A DNA stretch of 64,000 nucleotides from Oceanispirochaeta sp. (GTDB taxonomy: Bacteria; Spirochaetota; Spirochaetia; DSM-2461), in assembly GCA_963666275.2 (NCBI GenBank), contig CAXXOA010000003.1:256001-320000 (forward strand). The letters are read 5' to 3'. Both the position numbers and the translations under genes were made by a program. The first letter of the stretch is position 1, and every line of letters starts with the position of its first letter. Of the stretch, positions 59,330-64,000 are shown piece by piece. A model generated the notes under the pieces. It worked only from the letters and a program-made list of their open reading frames with translations, was not told the origin of the DNA and did no database searches.

Positions 59330-61357
59330 ATGAGTAATGAACTTGTGAATAAGGCTGCGGATAATATTCGTATCCTTTCTGCTGCCATGGTGGAAAAAGC
59401 CAATTCCGGTCACCCCGGAGGCGCCATGGGCGGTGCGGATTTTGTAAACATACTTTTTTCTGAATTTATGAATTTTGATCCCAGCGACGGTAAATGGATC
59501 AACAGGGACAGGTTTTTCCTTGATCCCGGCCATATGTCTCCCATGCTCTACTCCATTCTCTCTTTTTACGGACATTACTCCATGGATGAGCTGGCCAACT
59601 TTCGCCAGTGGGACAGCCCCACTCCGGGCCATCCCGAAGTCGATGCTTCCCGGGGTGTGGAAAACACATCCGGTCCTCTTGGACAGGGACACACATTTGC
59701 TGTGGGAGCAGCCATAGCGGAGAAATTCCTGAAAACCAAATTCGGCGACTGGATGAGCCACAACATCTACGCCTTTATTTCCGACGGTGGTGTTCAGGAG
59801 GAGATCTCCCAGGGTGCCGGTAGAATCGCCGGAAACCTGGGGCTGGATAACCTGATCATGTTCTATGACTCCAATGACATACAGCTTTCCACAACTGTAA
59901 AAGAAGTCACTACAGAAGATACAGCCAAAAAATACGAAGCCTGGGGATGGAAAGTTCTGACCATCGACGGCAACGATGCGGATGCTATCAGAGGCGCCCT
60001 GAAAGAAGCTCAGAATGTCAAAGGCCAGCCCACCCTGATCATTGGTAAAACCATTATGGGTAAAGGCGCTGTCGACGCAGACGGAAACAGCTTCGAAGGC
60101 AAAACCTCCACTCATGGTCAGCCCCTGAGCGCGGCAGGTGCCTCTTTCGAGAAAACCATTGAAAATCTGGGCGGAAACGCGGCGGATCCTTTCAAAATTT
60201 TCCCCGATGTTCAGGAATGGCTTGACGGCATTATCAAGGCTAAAACTGAAGCCGCTGCCGCACTGAAGGGAGAACAGGCCAAGTGGGCCGCTGCCAACCC
60301 CGAACTGGCTGCCAAGCTGGATATGTTCTTCAGCGGAAAAACCCCCGAGATCGACTGGGCGGGAATCGAACAGAAAGCCGGATCTGCCACAAGAGCCGCT
60401 TCTGCTGCTGTCCTCAGCGCCCTGGCGGAGAACGTGGAAAACATGATTGTGTCTTCTGCAGACCTTTCCAACTCGGATAAAACCGACGGTTTCCTGAAGA
60501 AAACCAAAGCCATCACCAGAGACGACTTTTCCGGTGCCTTCCTGCAGTCCGGTGTTGCCGAGCTGACCATGGCGACAATCTGTTCCGGTATGGCTCTCCA
60601 CGGCGGTGTCATCCCCGCCTGCGGTACTTTCTTTGTTTTCTCCGATTACATCAAACCCTCTCTGAGAACAGCCGCACTGATGGAACTTCCCGTCGTGTAC
60701 GTATGGACTCACGATGCGTTCCGCGTTGGAGAAGACGGACCCACTCATCAGCCCGTTGAACATGAAGCTCAGCTGAGACTGATGGAAAAACTGCAGAATC
60801 ACTCTCACAAAAACTCTGTTCTTGTTCTGAGACCTGCGGATGCGGAAGAAACCACGGCGGCATGGAAAATGGCTATTGAAAACCGTTCCACCCCCACAGC
60901 CCTGGTTCTTTCCAGACAGAATATCAAATCCCTTCCTGCCAAATCCAGCCGTGTGGAAGAAGCCTTCCAGGCTGACAAGGGTGCCTATATTGTAGAAGCC
61001 GATGCCAACCCCGATGTGATCCTCCTGGCTTCCGGTTCAGAAGTTTCCACCCTGATCGACGGTGCGGCTCTTCTGAGAGAGAAGAAAAGCCTGAAAGTAC
61101 AGGTTGTTTCCGTTCCCTCTGAAGGCCTTTTCCGGACTCAGGACTCTTCCTACCAGGCGAAAGTCCTTCCTGCGGGAGTTCCCAAATTCGGTCTCACCGC
61201 CGGTCTTCCTGTAACACTGGAAGGTCTTGTGGGAGCTGACGGTAAGGTCTTCGGACTGAACTCCTTCGGTTTCAGTGCCCCTGCAGGCGTTCTGGATGAA
61301 AAACTCGGTTACACAGGTGAAAACGTGTATAACCAGGTTACGGAGATGCTCAAATAA
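59330..61357 (+). CDS. tkt: Transketolase
   Basis: SGHPGG, RDRF, TPGHPE, GPLGQG, GEDGPTHQP. Confidence 0.95.
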   Translation: MSNELVNKAADNIRILSAAMVEKANSGHPGGAMGGADFVNILFSEFMNFDPSDGKWINRDRFFLDPGHMSPMLYSILSFYGHYSMDELANFRQWDSPTPGHPEVDASRGVENTSGPLGQGHTFAVGAAIAEKFLKTKFGDWMSHNIYAFISDGGVQEEISQGAGRIAGNLGLDNLIMFYDSNDIQLSTTVKEVTTEDTAKKYEAWGWKVLTIDGNDADAIRGALKEAQNVKGQPTLIIGKTIMGKGAVDADGNSFEGKTSTHGQPLSAAGASFEKTIENLGGNAADPFKIFPDVQEWLDGIIKAKTEAAAALKGEQAKWAAANPELAAKLDMFFSGKTPEIDWAGIEQKAGSATRAASAAVLSALAENVENMIVSSADLSNSDKTDGFLKKTKAITRDDFSGAFLQSGVAELTMATICSGMALHGGVIPACGTFFVFSDYIKPSLRTAALMELPVVYVWTHDAFRVGEDGPTHQPVEHEAQLRLMEKLQNHSHKNSVLVLRPADAEETTAAWKMAIENRSTPTALVLSRQNIKSLPAKSSRVEEAFQADKGAYIVEADANPDVILLASGSEVSTLIDGAALLREKKSLKVQVVSVPSEGLFRTQDSSYQAKVLPAGVPKFGLTAGLPVTLEGLVGADGKVFGLNSFGFSAPAGVLDEKLGYTGENVYNQVTEMLK

Positions 61358-61384
61358 TCATCCGTATTAACTGAATCAGTATTG

Positions 61385-61419
61385 CGCCCTGCCGGTTTTT
61401 CCTGCAGGGCGTTTTTTTT
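61385..61419 (+). terminator. Intrinsic terminator after tkt
   Basis: cgccctgc..gcagggcg plus T8. Confidence 0.75.
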
Positions 61420-61495
61420 GTTCCTTTTTGAAGCAGGGGCCCTCTTTTTTCCGTCATTTCCTATAAGTCACCATGAAAAGGAAAAGGGAGGAAAT

Positions 61496-61717
61496 ATGCT
61501 CATTGAAATGGAACATAAAATAGGAAAAATCAAGGTCACTGTGGAAAACGGGGGCGGGATCGCTCCTTTCCGGGCTTCCTGCCCGGAAATCTGCGGCTAT
61601 GCTTTCGGCGATACCGAGATGGAAGCCTTCTGTCAGCTGCGGAATATGGTCGATATGTATCTGGATCCCGACTCCCCCGGGCCCGATCCGGATCTGCTTT
61701 TTGATCTGGAGTTCTGA
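61496..61717 (+). CDS. Small HicB-like (N-terminal domain only) protein
   Basis: GGAGG RBS; F.ASCPEI.G.AFGDT..EA...L..MV pattern. Confidence 0.6.
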   Translation: MLIEMEHKIGKIKVTVENGGGIAPFRASCPEICGYAFGDTEMEAFCQLRNMVDMYLDPDSPGPDPDLLFDLEF

Positions 61718-61823
61718 TTCTGCCGTACCGGGGATCAGATCTCAGACAGCGAAATCTCCGGAGATGTCAGGCTCATGTCCGGGGGGCTCTTCCGGAAACG
61801 ACAGGTCCCGGGGGCTTTCGGCA

Positions 61824-63821
61824 CTACAGTGTGTCGTCATCTCCCAGGGCGGTTGTCTGGAGGGGGCTTTTAAAATAGAAAAAGATGACACCGATAATAA
61901 GGCAGTTCACAATAGAGGCGGTAGCAAAAAGATGCCACTGGGGCCGACCCGAGGAAAGATTCCCCACCAGGGAGAAGAGCTTGATGCTGATTGTGAATTT
62001 CTCCTCCTGATTCAGAAAGAGCAGGGGAGCCATGAAACCGTTCCAGGCGGAAAGGAAGGCCAGAATCCCGTTTGTGGTCAGGATGGGTAAACTCAGGGGG
62101 AGTATGATTTTTACCATATATTTCAGAGGGGAAATCCCTTCCAGTTCGGCCGCCTCCCTGTAGGCGGGAGGGATTTTCTCAAGATAGGCGATAGAGGTTA
62201 TCAGCCCTGTGGTCAATGAGTGGTTCAGATAGATCAGGATCAGGGGGAGATAGCTGTCCAGAAGGTGGAGCCTCCGGAAAAGGGCGTACAGGGGGATCAT
62301 GGAGTGCATTCCCCCGTAAAGCCCTATGATCTGGAGCCCTGTGATGACCGCAAAGACTGTTTTCACTCCCCGCTCTCTGAGAACCAGCGCCGAGGGAAGG
62401 ACTATAAACGGAGTCAGTATCCCCGCAGCGGCGGCAATGGCCAGGGTGTTGAGAAAATAGTGCAGTATATTCTCCTCCACCAGGATCTTTCTGTAGTTGG
62501 AAAGGGTGGCAAAGGGGGGAATCAGCGAATCAATGGAACAGGCACCGATGCCGGAAAGGCTGAGCCAGATCACCAGGAAGAATATGAGCAGTGAGGCAGC
62601 CATAAAGGTATACTTTAAAAGAGCGGTCCCCGCAAGGTGAAGGGTATTCCTGATTTCCGGAAACAGGAGCCGGGAATCTGTCTTTTCCTCCTGCTGCGTG
62701 ACCAGAAGGGGAATCAGGGCCACCAGGATTTCCGGGTGGAACCCTTCGAAAAATCCGGCTTTGAATATCCAGCGGAGATTGATAAGGCAGTGTACCAGAA
62801 AGACTGTCATATAGGACTTCCTGCTGCGGAACCAGGCCGCCAGGTAGATCCCTCCCCAGATAATGCCCCATATTCCTCCCATAAGAACCTGGGAGACTAC
62901 AAGGACTATGAGGGGGATCCTGTGTGATCTCTTCTCCCTCCTCGCCGCCAGCCATAGGCCCATGAGGACGATCACAAGCCCGGCCAGACAGACTGCATAG
63001 GCCGATGTTATCCCCAGATCTTCTGTGGTTTTGAACACCTCATAGAGGAATATGTCCAGTGTGGTTGTAGCCCCGATGATATGGCGGTTTGTCATGCCTG
63101 ATACCAGGGGAGGGCCTCCGGTGGTCATAAGGAAGAGCAGGTTGAACTCTTTGAAAAACTTGAGAAAGTTGATAATTGTCATGGCCCCGATGGAACCCCG
63201 GATTTGGGGAAGCAGGATTTCTTTGAAAATAATATAGGAGTTGGCCCCGTCGATCCTGGCCGCTTCCGAATAGGACAGGGGGATCTTCCGGAAGCTTCCC
63301 CAGAAGAGAAATGTCATGAAAGGAACTGTCATCCAGAGACTCACCCACAGGGCTGCCAGAAAGGCGGCGACCGGATCGTTCATCAGATCTACAGGGATCC
63401 TGAAAAGAGTACGGAACAGGGAGTCTCCTCCGTCTCCATGAAAAAACGAACGCCAGAGCGGAACCGCTATATAGATGGGAGTTCCCCAGGGTACCAGGAG
63501 GGAGAGATAGAGCAGGGTGATCTTTTTCTTCTTTCTGCTCAGGTACCAGGCCAGTTTCAGAGATATCCCCAGAGAGAGCACCGTGTTGGCAAAGGCCCAT
63601 AAGAGGCTTATTTTGAAACTGTATAAAAAACCTTTATCTGAAAGAATATAGAGATAATTGTCCAGGCCCGCTGCTGTCCGCCGGCCGTATATGTCATGGA
63701 AAAAGGAAGTGAAAACAGCTTCGCCGAAAGGGGCTATACCCACAAGCAGAACAATCCCGGCCATAGGCAGGAGCAGGAGGCTGTCTGCGGGAAATCCCTT
63801 TCTTTTCAAAGCTGTTTTCAA
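61824..63821 (-). CDS. Fused double-domain carbohydrate ABC permease (MalF+MalG-like)
   Basis: Two EAA loops (EAARIDGA, EAAELEG); TGGP; SAWN.F. Confidence 0.85.
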   Translation of the reverse strand: MKTALKRKGFPADSLLLLPMAGIVLLVGIAPFGEAVFTSFFHDIYGRRTAAGLDNYLYILSDKGFLYSFKISLLWAFANTVLSLGISLKLAWYLSRKKKKITLLYLSLLVPWGTPIYIAVPLWRSFFHGDGGDSLFRTLFRIPVDLMNDPVAAFLAALWVSLWMTVPFMTFLFWGSFRKIPLSYSEAARIDGANSYIIFKEILLPQIRGSIGAMTIINFLKFFKEFNLLFLMTTGGPPLVSGMTNRHIIGATTTLDIFLYEVFKTTEDLGITSAYAVCLAGLVIVLMGLWLAARREKRSHRIPLIVLVVSQVLMGGIWGIIWGGIYLAAWFRSRKSYMTVFLVHCLINLRWIFKAGFFEGFHPEILVALIPLLVTQQEEKTDSRLLFPEIRNTLHLAGTALLKYTFMAASLLIFFLVIWLSLSGIGACSIDSLIPPFATLSNYRKILVEENILHYFLNTLAIAAAAGILTPFIVLPSALVLRERGVKTVFAVITGLQIIGLYGGMHSMIPLYALFRRLHLLDSYLPLILIYLNHSLTTGLITSIAYLEKIPPAYREAAELEGISPLKYMVKIILPLSLPILTTNGILAFLSAWNGFMAPLLFLNQEEKFTISIKLFSLVGNLSSGRPQWHLFATASIVNCLIIGVIFFYFKSPLQTTALGDDDTL

Positions 63822-63835
63822 TTTACCTGAATTCT

Positions 63836-64000
63836 CTATTCTACAATCAGTTTACTGATATTCCTTACGGCTTTGATTCCATCGGGAACCAGAGCGGCAT
63901 TCTGATCCCAGACAAGCACCAGGGGCCTTTCCCGGTCCGAGAGTTCCGAACCGTCTCCGTAGTACATGGCCAGGATGACATCCTGATTTCCGATCACTTC
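63836..64000 (-). CDS. C-terminal fragment, possibly molybdopterin-oxidoreductase-like domain
   Basis: Open frame EVIGNQDVILAMYYGDGSELSDRERPLVLV...KAVRNISKLIVE*. Confidence 0.4.
   Translation of the reverse strand, partial: EVIGNQDVILAMYYGDGSELSDRERPLVLVWDQNAALVPDGIKAVRNISKLIVE

Noticed and set aside
54381..60808. Long minus-strand ORFs opposite the SDR, dehydrogenase, kinase and tkt genes
   Set aside because: Codon-bias shadows of real plus-strand genes.
61824..63821. Fused ABC permease as a novelty
   Set aside because: Fusion of the two membrane subunits is a known ABC variant; listed as a feature only.

Overview
Window of a bacterial chromosome, probably a spirochaete (inferred from the LysM/lipoprotein pair, TctC/SBP lipoprotein style and fused ABC permease). 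Most of it is ordinary metabolism: redox/membrane genes (0.6-5 kb, two damaged), an IclR-sialidase-TctCBA islet (7.5-12.6 kb) between a 294-bp duplication of a DHFR-like gene end, a LacI-controlled xanthine-dehydrogenase/amidohydrolase/YgeY cluster (24-37 kb), a GntR sugar-ABC/kinase/aldolase/deaminase operon (37.5-46 kb) and sugar metabolism (54-64 kb). The standout is 13.6-23.9 kb: an AT-rich integron cassette array read on the minus strand, with four attC sites, four cassettes, a candidate attI and no integrase in the window. The two short attC sites (99 and 101 bp) are each split at the same G|TT of R'' by a class C group II intron; the two copies encode identical proteins but differ in domain I. 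The two long attC sites (174 and 172 bp) belong to the two cassettes whose content runs backwards: two plus-strand ORFs, and an ORF-less 235-nt body that folds extensively. One long attC holds a sigma70-like promoter facing its own cassette. The cassette proteins include a proteasome-beta/Ntn-like protein, a SEC-C protein and a PIN+coiled-coil+TM protein, all defence candidates. Products are assigned by motif recognition only; no searches were run.
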